The notes: a model not told the origin generated them from the sequence alone. Numbered from the stretch's first letter, positions 8,766-16,086 are shown. The stretch is DNA of 41,501 bases from a virus (IMGVR_UViG_3300033463_000341:1-41501), one strand, 5' to 3'. Program-made: numbers and translations.

Positions 8766-9641
8766 TTATAAATATTTTTTAACATATTCATATAGATTTT
8801 TTTTACTCATTTTTAGAGAACCAGTTAATCTTGCTTGAATTTGTTTTTCTTTGCTTTCAGGTTTTATAATTCCTCTTTCAATTTGATTTTCTACTAATAA
8901 TGTTGCTAATTGCCTACTATTCATGTTGTATAATTCTTCATTAGTATAATTAGATTTTTTTGAAACAGTTTTATTATTGCTTTTTTCAATTTTATTATTT
9001 TCGGTTTTTACTTTTCTTTCGTATTTATATCCATATTTTTCAGAATTTTCTCTTAACCAATTGTCAATATTTTTCGCTGCATCATCTAATTCTCCAACTG
9101 AACGTCCTTTTGCAAATTCTTCTTTTTTTCTTTGATAATCTGCTGCAAGAAATCCTGGTTTATGTTCATCATCGTATTTTATACTTTTATCTCTTTCTAA
9201 TTTTATAATATCTCCTTTTTGATTTATTGTTGTCATGGATTTTAAGTCATTATCATAAGCAAACATTAAATCTTCTTTTGAAAATGTACTATCATAATCT
9301 GATGTAGTTGGGTGATTATGTGTAAAATTCATATCTTTTAATTGTTCTAGTTCTTTACCTCTAAATTCTACCTTATGTTGTTCGCCATCTTTAAAAATTA
9401 TTTCTTTGCCATTGTCATCAAAAACAATTGCACTTTCTTTGTCTTGCTCCATTATTTTTTTACTAAATTCTTCAGTATTTTTATCAATAATATTTTTATT
9501 TGTTTCTTTTTTATCATCATCTTTGTTTTTTATTTCTTCTTTTTTAAATTTTCCACTATTTTTCATAGCAGTTTCTAAATCTTCACCATTTTTAATAAAT
9601 ATTCTTCTACCACCGACTGTTCTCCAAACACCATCTTCCAT
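8766..9641 (-). CDS. Hypothetical protein with a possible RadC/JAB-like metalloprotease motif
   Basis: 291 aa, RBS AAAGGAGAATAATTATG. The N-terminus is GVWRTVGGRRIFIKNGEDLETAMKNSG. The central FTHNHPTTSDYDSTFSKEDL resembles the HNHP...S..D JAB motif. Lys/Glu-rich linkers. Confidence 0.55.
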   Translation of the reverse strand: MEDGVWRTVGGRRIFIKNGEDLETAMKNSGKFKKEEIKNKDDDKKETNKNIIDKNTEEFSKKIMEQDKESAIVFDDNGKEIIFKDGEQHKVEFRGKELEQLKDMNFTHNHPTTSDYDSTFSKEDLMFAYDNDLKSMTTINQKGDIIKLERDKSIKYDDEHKPGFLAADYQRKKEEFAKGRSVGELDDAAKNIDNWLRENSEKYGYKYERKVKTENNKIEKSNNKTVSKKSNYTNEELYNMNSRQLATLLVENQIERGIIKPESKEKQIQARLTGSLKMSKKNLYEYVKKYL

Positions 9642-9660
9642 AATTATTCTCCTTTCACTT

Positions 9661-9846
9661 TTAAAGTTCTTCTATTTTATCAATACCCATTAACATAACG
9701 GCATTTTTACTTTTTAAAAATTCATATCTTTCTTTATCACAATACCAAATACTTATATTTGCTTGTCTTAACAAATCTTTACCATCTTCGTCCTTTTCAG
9801 TAGTATCGCTAAAATTAATTAATGCTTTTACTAAATAATTTTTCAT
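9661..9846 (-). CDS. Hypothetical protein (61 aa)
   Basis: Strong RBS AAGGAGGAAAATTATG embedded in the 3' end of the methyltransferase gene (32-nt overlap). Confidence 0.6.
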   Translation of the reverse strand: MKNYLVKALINFSDTTEKDEDGKDLLRQANISIWYCDKERYEFLKSKNAVMLMGIDKIEEL

Positions 9847-10351
9847 AATTTTCCTCCTTTATATAATAACCATAGTTTTGGTCCTTATATACGTTTTTTA
9901 AATATGGATACCTTTGTTTCATTAGTTCATCTGTTAAATCGTCTTGTTTGTGTATTTCATATACATTATCTTCTTCTATTCCTTGTGGGTTTAAATAAGG
10001 TACTGCCACTATCATTTCTTTACACCTATTTAAAGCATATTTTAAGACTTCTTGTGCTTCATTTGCTTCCAGATGCTCTACTACATCGCCAAATATAATA
10101 ATGTCATAATAGTCGTATTTAAAGTCCTTTATATTGACATTATAAACTTTATTATATTTACTTTCTAGATTAAAGTTATCAATGTTTGGTTTAAATACTT
10201 CTACTGCTTCTATATTATTAAAATAATCATGCATATAGTTGTAGTAAGTTCCTTCTCCTGCACCAACGTCTAGTACCTTTGCGTTTCTATCAAAGTTTCT
10301 TTTTAAATAATTTGTTATTTCTGTTTTATAAACTGCATATGATGTTGCCAT
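9815..10351 (-). CDS. Class I SAM-dependent methyltransferase
   Basis: Motif I is VLDVGAGEGTY. The downstream acidic motif is IIIFGDVVEHL. 1-nt overlap with the glycosyltransferase stop. Confidence 0.8.
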   Translation of the reverse strand: MATSYAVYKTEITNYLKRNFDRNAKVLDVGAGEGTYYNYMHDYFNNIEAVEVFKPNIDNFNLESKYNKVYNVNIKDFKYDYYDIIIFGDVVEHLEANEAQEVLKYALNRCKEMIVAVPYLNPQGIEEDNVYEIHKQDDLTDELMKQRYPYLKNVYKDQNYGYYIKEENYEKLFSKSIN

Positions 10352-12078
10352 TATATTTGTCTATACCTCCAATCCTTTAATTCGTCCCATTGTTGATTAA
10401 ACTTCTTTTGTACATATTCTTTGTATTGCTCATTCTTTGTTGTTTTGATGAAATAATACATTTCTCCTAAATGTTTATAAATGCTCATTTCCCACATTGC
10501 TTCACGTTTTGTTGTTACGCTTGTGGTATTACTTCTGTTCCATACGTGAGTTGACTCGTTCAAACAAGTAAAACTTTTTGCCTTTTCACATAACCTATAA
10601 TGTTGTACTCTATCTTCGGCAAGCGTACTTTCTGGGAATAGAGTATCTTTCATTAGTTCTGTTTTAACTACTTTTGTCCATATTGCACATACGTTATCGG
10701 TGAACGCTTGATACATATTTTCAAAGTTTGGTCTAAACGGATATAATCCCTCAACGCCGTTGCTTCCTAATTCAAATCCTAAAAACATTATATCTTCATC
10801 TTCTAAATTATCATTTATATCTTTTAATACGTTTTCGTGTTTTAACCAATCATCACTATCAATGCATACTATATAATCTCCTGTGGCTTCCATTATACCT
10901 ATATTTCTTGTTCCACCATTATATTTTTTAAATGGTACTTTTAATACTTTGTGTCCTTTTAGCATTCTATTTGCTATTTCTAAAGAATTATCTTCACTCA
11001 TATCATCAATAAATATAATTTCATAATTTGTATATGTTTGTTTTAAAACGCTACCCAAGCACTTTTCTAGCCATCTAGCATTATTATAGTTTGGAATTAT
11101 AATACTAAATTTGTAATCATGTTTTGTTACTGGCTCTATTACGTTTAACCATTCTTTTGCATAATCAGGATACTCATACTTAAATCCTTTTTTCAAGTTT
11201 TCTATTGCATCTAAATCTAAATTAGATAAATCTTTCTTTACTACATATCCTTTACCATTAGTCAATTCTTTTATTGCATTTGGAAAATCAGTACACACAC
11301 AAGGTGTTCCTAATATTAAACTTTCATACATTACCATACATTGGCTTTCATAATCTGATAATTGCCATAAGCTATCAGCCCACTTCATATATTTATACGG
11401 ATTATCTTGTTTTCCTAACCATATAATATTATAATCTTTTAATTCTTGTTTTAATTGGTTGCCATATCCTGGATATAAAATATTACTTCCAATTACAACA
11501 AATTGGTAGTCTTTGCCATACTTACTTTCACATTTGTCAAGTACGCCTTTTAATCTAGGATAACCTTTTTGAGGGTCAATTCTACTAACAATTAAGAAAT
11601 TATGTTTTTTCTTTGGTATATCAACTTTTTCTTTTGCAAGTTCTCTTATTTCTTCTGCATCAATTATATTTGGTATAACAACGCAGTCTTTACCTTTTCG
11701 TTCTTTGAACTGTTTACTTGCTTCTTCTGATACTGCCACATATTTTTTAAATGGTATAGTTTCTTCATAGTTTTCATTACTATCTATTAAACATCCATTT
11801 ATTACTTGTATGTAATTATTTTTTCTTGCTTTTACTTTCTTTAAATTATAAACCGCATCATATATAACCCAGTCAAATACTTCATCTTTGCATACATCAA
11901 GATGTCTTACATTACCAATAGTAGCCCATTTTTCAAGCATATCCAAAGGACTATCGTTGCTTGCATAAACAAATGTTATTTCATGACCCTGCTTCTTTAA
12001 ATATTTACCACGAGCATACATTGTTTTTTCTACTCCACCAGTTTCAAATGGTCGAGTATAATACATCGCTATCTTCAT
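10351..12078 (-). CDS. Bifunctional glycosyltransferase (N-terminal GT-B/GT4-like, C-terminal GT-A/GT2)
   Basis: The GT4-like half has ETGGVEK and an E-x7-E motif (YESQCMVMYES). The GT2 half has FSIIIPNYNNARWLEKCLGSVLKQTYTNYEIIFIDDMSEDNS and a DSDD (DxD) motif. The start at 12078 (MKIAMYY) has a GGGTGA RBS. The track's 5' extension would include the promoter -10. Confidence 0.85.
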   Translation of the reverse strand: MKIAMYYTRPFETGGVEKTMYARGKYLKKQGHEITFVYASNDSPLDMLEKWATIGNVRHLDVCKDEVFDWVIYDAVYNLKKVKARKNNYIQVINGCLIDSNENYEETIPFKKYVAVSEEASKQFKERKGKDCVVIPNIIDAEEIRELAKEKVDIPKKKHNFLIVSRIDPQKGYPRLKGVLDKCESKYGKDYQFVVIGSNILYPGYGNQLKQELKDYNIIWLGKQDNPYKYMKWADSLWQLSDYESQCMVMYESLILGTPCVCTDFPNAIKELTNGKGYVVKKDLSNLDLDAIENLKKGFKYEYPDYAKEWLNVIEPVTKHDYKFSIIIPNYNNARWLEKCLGSVLKQTYTNYEIIFIDDMSEDNSLEIANRMLKGHKVLKVPFKKYNGGTRNIGIMEATGDYIVCIDSDDWLKHENVLKDINDNLEDEDIMFLGFELGSNGVEGLYPFRPNFENMYQAFTDNVCAIWTKVVKTELMKDTLFPESTLAEDRVQHYRLCEKAKSFTCLNESTHVWNRSNTTSVTTKREAMWEMSIYKHLGEMYYFIKTTKNEQYKEYVQKKFNQQWDELKDWRYRQI

Positions 12079-12094
12079 TTTATCACCCAGAGTA

Positions 12095-12103
12095 ATTATA
12101 TCA
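12095..12103 (-). promoter_or_regulatory. Extended -10 promoter motif TGATATAAT (class II)
   Basis: The minus strand reads TTTTTATGATATAATTAC immediately after a terminator and 17 nt upstream of the ATG at 12078. Confidence 0.45.
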
Positions 12104-12132
12104 TAAAAATAAAAAGGTGTAAAATACACCTT
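12104..12132 (-). terminator. Intrinsic terminator after gene 12131..12487
   Basis: The minus strand reads AAGGTGT-ATTTT-ACACCTT followed by TTTTATTTTT. The stem overlaps the stop codon. Confidence 0.7.
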
Positions 12133-12487
12133 AATTAACTATCCATACATACTCAACTTCTCTATCTCGACAATCAAAAGTATCATATATTACTCCATTT
12201 TTAGAACATACTATATGGCCTCTCATTGTTATCAATAAAGTATTATTTGGGAATAAGCCAGATACATACCCTACACTTCCATTAATTCCTTCTAACCTTT
12301 GATATGTTCTATCTAGGTAGTTTGTAACAAATTCCCTTTTATCAAGTAATGTACCTTCATATTGTGCAATATCACTTAAATAATCATATACATAATCCCA
12401 TGATTTATTAGTAGCACACGAAATTGCTCTAATTACGCAGTCATCTTCATATCTATTTAATGCGTTAGCATTATAATATCGATACAT
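12131..12487 (-). CDS. Hypothetical protein, possible papain-like Cys/His fold
   Basis: 118 aa. EDDCVIRAISCATNKSWDYVY (candidate nucleophile Cys) and a later RGHIVCSKNGVIYDTFD (His then Asp). TAATG overlap with the upstream gene. The functional guess is weak. Confidence 0.5.
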   Translation of the reverse strand: MYRYYNANALNRYEDDCVIRAISCATNKSWDYVYDYLSDIAQYEGTLLDKREFVTNYLDRTYQRLEGINGSVGYVSGLFPNNTLLITMRGHIVCSKNGVIYDTFDCRDREVEYVWIVN

Positions 12488-12957
12488 TATCTCATACTTC
12501 TTTGTAATGCTTCATTTAACATTTGATGATTTTGTGGTGTTTCTGCTTCTTCGTGTAAATATTTAACAAAATCTTCTAATGATTTAACCATATATTCAAA
12601 TGATTTATCTGTTTCAGGACTAGCACCATATCTTTGGCGATTTTCCATATATCTTCCATATTCGCCAGATATTCTGTCTAAATGTTCATCGCCACGATAT
12701 TTCATATCATATCCACGTCTGCCATAAGAACCTTCGCCATAGTTTCCATATTCTCCATAATATCTTCCGTAACTATCATATCCAGGTCGTCTTGCCCCAT
12801 AGTTTCCGTAATTTCCGTAATTCATATTTTTATCCTCCTTTGCCATGTGTTTTATTTTACTTAATTTATATAAAAGTTCTAAATTATTAACATTTATATC
12901 TTCATCAAGTATATTTTTAATTTTTTCATTAGCTTTTTCAATTACTCTATCTTCCAT
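12487..12957 (-). CDS. Gly/Tyr/Arg-rich low-complexity protein
   Basis: 156 aa. The central repeat is NYGNYGNYGARRPGYDSYGRYYGEYGNYGEGSYGRRGYD, flanked by helical ends. RBS AAAGGAGTGAAAGTTAATG. Confidence 0.65.
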   Translation of the reverse strand: MEDRVIEKANEKIKNILDEDINVNNLELLYKLSKIKHMAKEDKNMNYGNYGNYGARRPGYDSYGRYYGEYGNYGEGSYGRRGYDMKYRGDEHLDRISGEYGRYMENRQRYGASPETDKSFEYMVKSLEDFVKYLHEEAETPQNHQMLNEALQRSMR

Positions 12958-12963
12958 TAACTT

Positions 12964-13140
12964 TCACTCCTTTCTTAAAAGGTTTAATATTTTTTCTTGG
13001 TTTTTAAGTATTTGTTTTAAATATTTTTCATCTTGTGTTTGTAATTCTTGCATTAAATCTCTGTTATTATAATCTTGAAATAATATTTGTAAACTTAATG
13101 CTTGTAAAAACAAACTTGTTATATCTAATTTATTATTCAT
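12964..13140 (-). CDS. Small Gln/Leu-rich hypothetical protein (58 aa, found by hand)
   Basis: MNNKLDITSLFLQALSLQILFQDYNNRDLMQELQTQDEKYLKQILKNQEKILNLLRKE. The ATG directly abuts the upstream TAA, with no clear SD, so it may be translationally coupled. Below the track size cutoff. Confidence 0.45.
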   Translation of the reverse strand: MNNKLDITSLFLQALSLQILFQDYNNRDLMQELQTQDEKYLKQILKNQEKILNLLRKE

Positions 13141-13605
13141 TTAGTTTGCTCGGCTAATGCTAAATGTGGCATTAGTAATAATTGCTTGTGTAGTTGCTAT
13201 TGGTGTTGTAGGGTCAGTTGGTGTTGGTACACTTGGCACACTTTGAACACTTATATTAGTAGTTCCTCTAGGGCATACTCTTAATTTCTTATCAAATGAA
13301 ACAGTTTCATAATCATCGGCTGCATCAATTGTTACGGCTCTAACTGTATCAGGTATTAATACGCCATCTTGAAATAAACCTATTGCCACAACTCCTGCTG
13401 TTGCTGTACTTACAGAAGCACTAAATTCTACATCATAATAACCTGTATACCCATTTCCAAATATTTTAAAATTAGGATTACCATTTGAATAATCTAGCCA
13501 ACCACAGCAAGAAGCACATCTAGTCCTAATAGTAGTTTCATCAAAAGTTACTGGACTGGCGTTACTTGGCAATACTAATGGTTCATTTATAATTGTTTCT
13601 ATCAT
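13141..13605 (-). CDS. C1q/TNF-like jelly-roll protein (BclA C-terminal-domain-like)
   Basis: 154 aa. The pattern GYYDVEFSASV....GVVAIGLFQDGVLIPDT....YETVSF...L....TTNISVQS...ITNATFSISR matches my memory of BclA-CTD/C1q-like domains. It contains a Thr/Pro-rich stretch SVPSVPTPTDPTTPIATTQ. Confidence 0.5.
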   Translation of the reverse strand: MIETIINEPLVLPSNASPVTFDETTIRTRCASCCGWLDYSNGNPNFKIFGNGYTGYYDVEFSASVSTATAGVVAIGLFQDGVLIPDTVRAVTIDAADDYETVSFDKKLRVCPRGTTNISVQSVPSVPTPTDPTTPIATTQAIITNATFSISRAN

Positions 13606-13623
13606 ATTTTATCTTTCTCCTTT

Positions 13624-13657
13624 CATAAATAAAAGAGATAGAACTATGCCTATCTCT
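13624..13657 (-). terminator. Intrinsic terminator-like hairpin after gene 13729..14553
   Basis: The minus strand reads AGAGATAG-GCATAGTT-CTATCTCT followed by TTTATTTAT, then the RBS of the next gene. Confidence 0.6.
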
Positions 13658-13728
13658 CGTTTTCCCATTAAAGGGAATTTCGTTAGCAAGTTCTCGTAAT
13701 CGAGCGTGTCGTAATCGACTATATGCTA

Positions 13729-14553
13729 TTAAATAAATTGACTTGATGTACCATATCCACAACCACATCCATTGTTGTTGCAAGTGAATATTGGTGTTCT
13801 ACCATAAACTGGTGTTGATGGTACTGGGCAGTTGCTTAATCTATTGTATAAAGCATCTACTTCTTCAATTTGTCCTTGTCTTAATTGAGCAGTTTGTGCT
13901 AATTGACTTGCTTGTAAATCTTTCATTAAGATTTCTCTTTGAAGGTCTACAATCTTATCGTTTTTAGCATCAATCTTATCTTGGCATAATTGGTCAAGAA
14001 CTCTTTGAACATTAGCAGTTTGGTTAGCAATAATATCTCTTATGCCATTACTTAATGCTTCTCTATCAGCACAGTTTTCACTAATAACAGTTGCTTTTAA
14101 GTCTTGAGTTGCAAGACGATTTTCACAGCAACAGTTCAATAACGAAGTATTTAAACCATAGAAGCCATTAGAAACTGCTGAAGTTATATCTGCTGTACTA
14201 TTGCACAACTGATTAGATAAACCATTTATAGCATCTCTATTGCCTTCTAATTGGTTAGATAAATGTAATGTGTCAAATCCATTGTTAGTGTTATTCATAA
14301 TATCTTTTTGACCATTAGACAACCAAGCAAATCCATTATCGAAACTATTTCCACCAAAGAAACCACCATTACCATTGTTTCCCCAACCACCGAATAATGC
14401 TAATAATAAGATTACCCAAATGAAGTCAGAGCCATAGCCACCAAATCCACCATTACCAAATCCACCCATCATAGGATAAATTGGATAAGCATAACCGGCG
14501 TTGTTGTTAGTTGCTAGGTCAACAGTAGGAACTATTCCTGAATTTCCATTCAT
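13729..14553 (-). CDS. Gly-rich membrane-anchored protein with a Cys-containing coiled-coil ectodomain
   Basis: 274 aa. The N-terminus has GGFGNGGFGGYGSDFIWVILLLALFGGWGNNGNGGFFGG (one TM helix in a Gly-rich context). It then has a CCC triplet (LLNCCCENR), a long Gln-rich helix and a C-terminal CNNNGCGCGYG. Confidence 0.7.
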   Translation of the reverse strand: MNGNSGIVPTVDLATNNNAGYAYPIYPMMGGFGNGGFGGYGSDFIWVILLLALFGGWGNNGNGGFFGGNSFDNGFAWLSNGQKDIMNNTNNGFDTLHLSNQLEGNRDAINGLSNQLCNSTADITSAVSNGFYGLNTSLLNCCCENRLATQDLKATVISENCADREALSNGIRDIIANQTANVQRVLDQLCQDKIDAKNDKIVDLQREILMKDLQASQLAQTAQLRQGQIEEVDALYNRLSNCPVPSTPVYGRTPIFTCNNNGCGCGYGTSSQFI

Positions 14554-14585
14554 TTTTATTCTCCTTTCTATCGGTCGCTAGTAAA

Positions 14586-14626
14586 CTTATGTGAGAATAC
14601 ATAACTAGCATATATTCTCGCATAAG
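14586..14626 (-). promoter_or_regulatory. Long hairpin in the 5' leader of gene 13729..14553
   Basis: 14586-14599 pairs with 14613-14626: 13 of 14 positions are Watson-Crick, with one A-C mismatch on the minus strand and a 13-nt loop. No T-run follows. Confidence 0.4.
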
Positions 14627-14636
14627 GCTACTAACC

Positions 14637-14873
14637 TTATTTTTGTTTATTAAACATAGACATCATATTATCCCAATTTTGTCTTTGTTGTGGGGTAAAG
14701 TTGTTTATTGTTTCATTTAACAAATCTTGTGGATTGTTATTTTTTCTTGCTTCCTGATATTTTTGAAAAGCTTGAGGATTTCTCATCTTTAATTGTTTCT
14801 CCAACTGGCTCATCATATTCTGTGGTATTTGTTGCATTTTGTTTTGTAATAGCATTTGTATTATCCCATTCAT
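14637..14873 (-). CDS. Small Gln/Asn/Met-rich protein
   Basis: 78-aa ORF that reads as a plausible protein (NPQAFQKYQEARKNNNPQDLLNETINNFTPQQRQNWDNMMSMF). Its first 45 codons overlap the 3' end of 14737..15258 in another frame, so the start is uncertain. Confidence 0.5.
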   Translation of the reverse strand: MNGIIQMLLQNKMQQIPQNMMSQLEKQLKMRNPQAFQKYQEARKNNNPQDLLNETINNFTPQQRQNWDNMMSMFNKQK

Positions 14874-15258
14874 TTTGTTTCATCTCTTTCTTTAATTCTT
14901 CAATTTGACCCTTTAAATATTCTATTTGAATGTCTTTTTCGTCTTTTGGTATTATTTCATTTAATTCATAGGTTTTAATTTCACCTTTTAAGTTTTTTAT
15001 CCATACAACAGACATATCTTTACTAAAATATGGTGTATCACCTATAACCATATCTCTTTGCACTTCTTCAAGCGATGTTGCGTATCTTATTACATCTCTA
15101 CTTGTTGGGGCTAATTGAAAGTTTTGCGTTAGATTAGTAGGTTGTGGTTGTGGTTGTTGCATTTGTGCTTTCATTCTTTCCAAATTATTTATTTGCTCAT
15201 TTAATCTATCAATATTTGCTTGTTGATTATATGGGTTAATATAGGGATTATTATACAT
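14737..15258 (-). CDS. Gln/Pro-rich N-terminus protein, unknown function
   Basis: 173 aa (MYNNPYINPYNQQANIDRLNEQINNLERMKAQMQQPQPQP...). The RBS AAGGAGAT is sequestered in a hairpin (see 15266..15291). Confidence 0.65.
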   Translation of the reverse strand: MYNNPYINPYNQQANIDRLNEQINNLERMKAQMQQPQPQPTNLTQNFQLAPTSRDVIRYATSLEEVQRDMVIGDTPYFSKDMSVVWIKNLKGEIKTYELNEIIPKDEKDIQIEYLKGQIEELKKEMKQNEWDNTNAITKQNATNTTEYDEPVGETIKDEKSSSFSKISGSKKK

Positions 15259-15265
15259 TTATTTC

Positions 15266-15291
15266 ATCTCCTTAAATAAATAAAAGGAGAT
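15266..15291 (-). promoter_or_regulatory. RBS-sequestering hairpin upstream of gene 14737..15258
   Basis: The minus strand reads ATCTCCTT-TTATTTATTT-AAGGAGAT. The 3' arm is the SD of the ATG at 15258. The 5' arm lies inside the 17-codon leader ORF. Confidence 0.5.
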
Positions 15292-15325
15292 TATATAACA
15301 AGTGTGTTTTATTACTAAATGTCAT
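15272..15325 (-). CDS. 17-codon leader ORF (MTFSNKTHLLYNLLLFI)
   Basis: Strong SD AAGGAGGTAAAAAAATG. The stop lies in the hairpin loop, and its last codons form the anti-SD arm. Confidence 0.4.
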   Translation of the reverse strand: MTFSNKTHLLYNLLLFI

Positions 15326-15357
15326 TTTTTTACCTCCTTTATACATATTTTATTACA

Positions 15358-15386
15358 AATAAAAAAACATAGTCAGTACGACCATG
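15358..15386 (-). terminator. Intrinsic terminator ending the accessory membrane/regulator operon
   Basis: The minus strand reads CATGGTC-GTACT-GACTATG (one G-U pair) followed by TTTTTTTATTT. Confidence 0.65.
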
Positions 15387-15394
15387 ATATTTTT

Positions 15395-16030
15395 TTAAAT
15401 ATTTAATCTTCCTATTAAAAAATAATAACATTTATCTAGGCATTCCTTTATTCTAGGATTTGGCATATTAAATTCTTCTGCTATTCTTTCATAAGAATAT
15501 CCGTCTATAAATCTTCTTTTATATATTAAATAAGTTTTGGTATCAACTTTTTCTTTTAATAATCTTTCGGCTTCTAGGTATTCATCAGTAATGGCATTAT
15601 ATTTTAAATAATCAATTAAAGGCTGATGCACGCTTTCGTTTTGTGGTTTCCACAATACCAAATCTTTAAAACTTGGACTTATTTCAATTTCAGCTTCTTC
15701 ATCTTCAATATCTGCATTTCCACTTAACAAAAATTTTGTATATACTGTAAAAACACAAGCAACATAAATATTTATATATGTTGAAAGAAATAGAGAACTA
15801 AAAAATAGAACTTGCATCAAAAAACATTTTAACGGTGATTTATAGTGTTTAGCCTTACCCATTATCAATGATAAAGACCAAACCACGATAATCACTAATG
15901 TATTTATTAAAGATTTATTGATAAATAATCCCAAAAGAAAAACCCAAGTTATATTAATCACAACATTGGCAATCAATATAAATATATTATTTGATTTTTC
16001 AAATAAAATACGCTTGAGTTTATCTTTCAT
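15395..16030 (-). CDS. Membrane protein: AgrB-like N-terminal module (H-x2-S-x3-C) fused to a sigma-70 region-4 / ArpU-RinA-like HTH
   Basis: 211 aa with about 4 N-terminal hydrophobic helices. The loop motif KHYKSPLKC (H62, C69) has the spacing of AgrB His77/Cys84. An acidic linker (DIEDEEAEIE) follows, then a C-terminal YLIYKRRFIDGYSYERIAEEFNMPNPRIKECL. Confidence 0.6.
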   Translation of the reverse strand: MKDKLKRILFEKSNNIFILIANVVINITWVFLLGLFINKSLINTLVIIVVWSLSLIMGKAKHYKSPLKCFLMQVLFFSSLFLSTYINIYVACVFTVYTKFLLSGNADIEDEEAEIEISPSFKDLVLWKPQNESVHQPLIDYLKYNAITDEYLEAERLLKEKVDTKTYLIYKRRFIDGYSYERIAEEFNMPNPRIKECLDKCYYFLIGRLNI

Positions 16031-16033
16031 AAA

Positions 16034-16081
16034 TTATTCTCCTTCAACGCTGTCGCAAAGACCCCACATAGTGTTAAACAT
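16034..16081 (-). CDS. 15-codon micro-ORF (MFNTMWGLCDSVEGE)
   Basis: The SD GGAAGGAGG lies 8 nt upstream, inside the last codons of 16087..16641. Its own 3' end (GAAGGAGAA) is the SD of 15395..16030. Found by hand. Confidence 0.4.
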   Translation of the reverse strand: MFNTMWGLCDSVEGE

Positions 16082-16086
16082 TATAA

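Noticed and set aside
13583-13783. Minus-strand ORF 13583..13783 (66 aa)
   Set aside because: It spans the end of one gene, a terminator-containing spacer and the RBS and start of the next gene. It is Trp/Arg-rich nonsense with no SD.
12487-14553. Collagen-like (GXY) repeats of the kind found in BclA
   Set aside because: The Gly-rich tracts read GGFGNGGFGGYG and NYGNYG and are not GXY triplet repeats. Only the C1q-like domain resembles BclA.
15395-16081. A canonical agrBD pair (classical AgrD autoinducer precursor)
   Set aside because: The 15-aa peptide lacks the amphipathic N-terminal leader and the long acidic C-terminal recognition tail of AgrD. The AgrB-like part is only about 100 aa. 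I therefore report it only as AgrB-like, with a novel fusion context.
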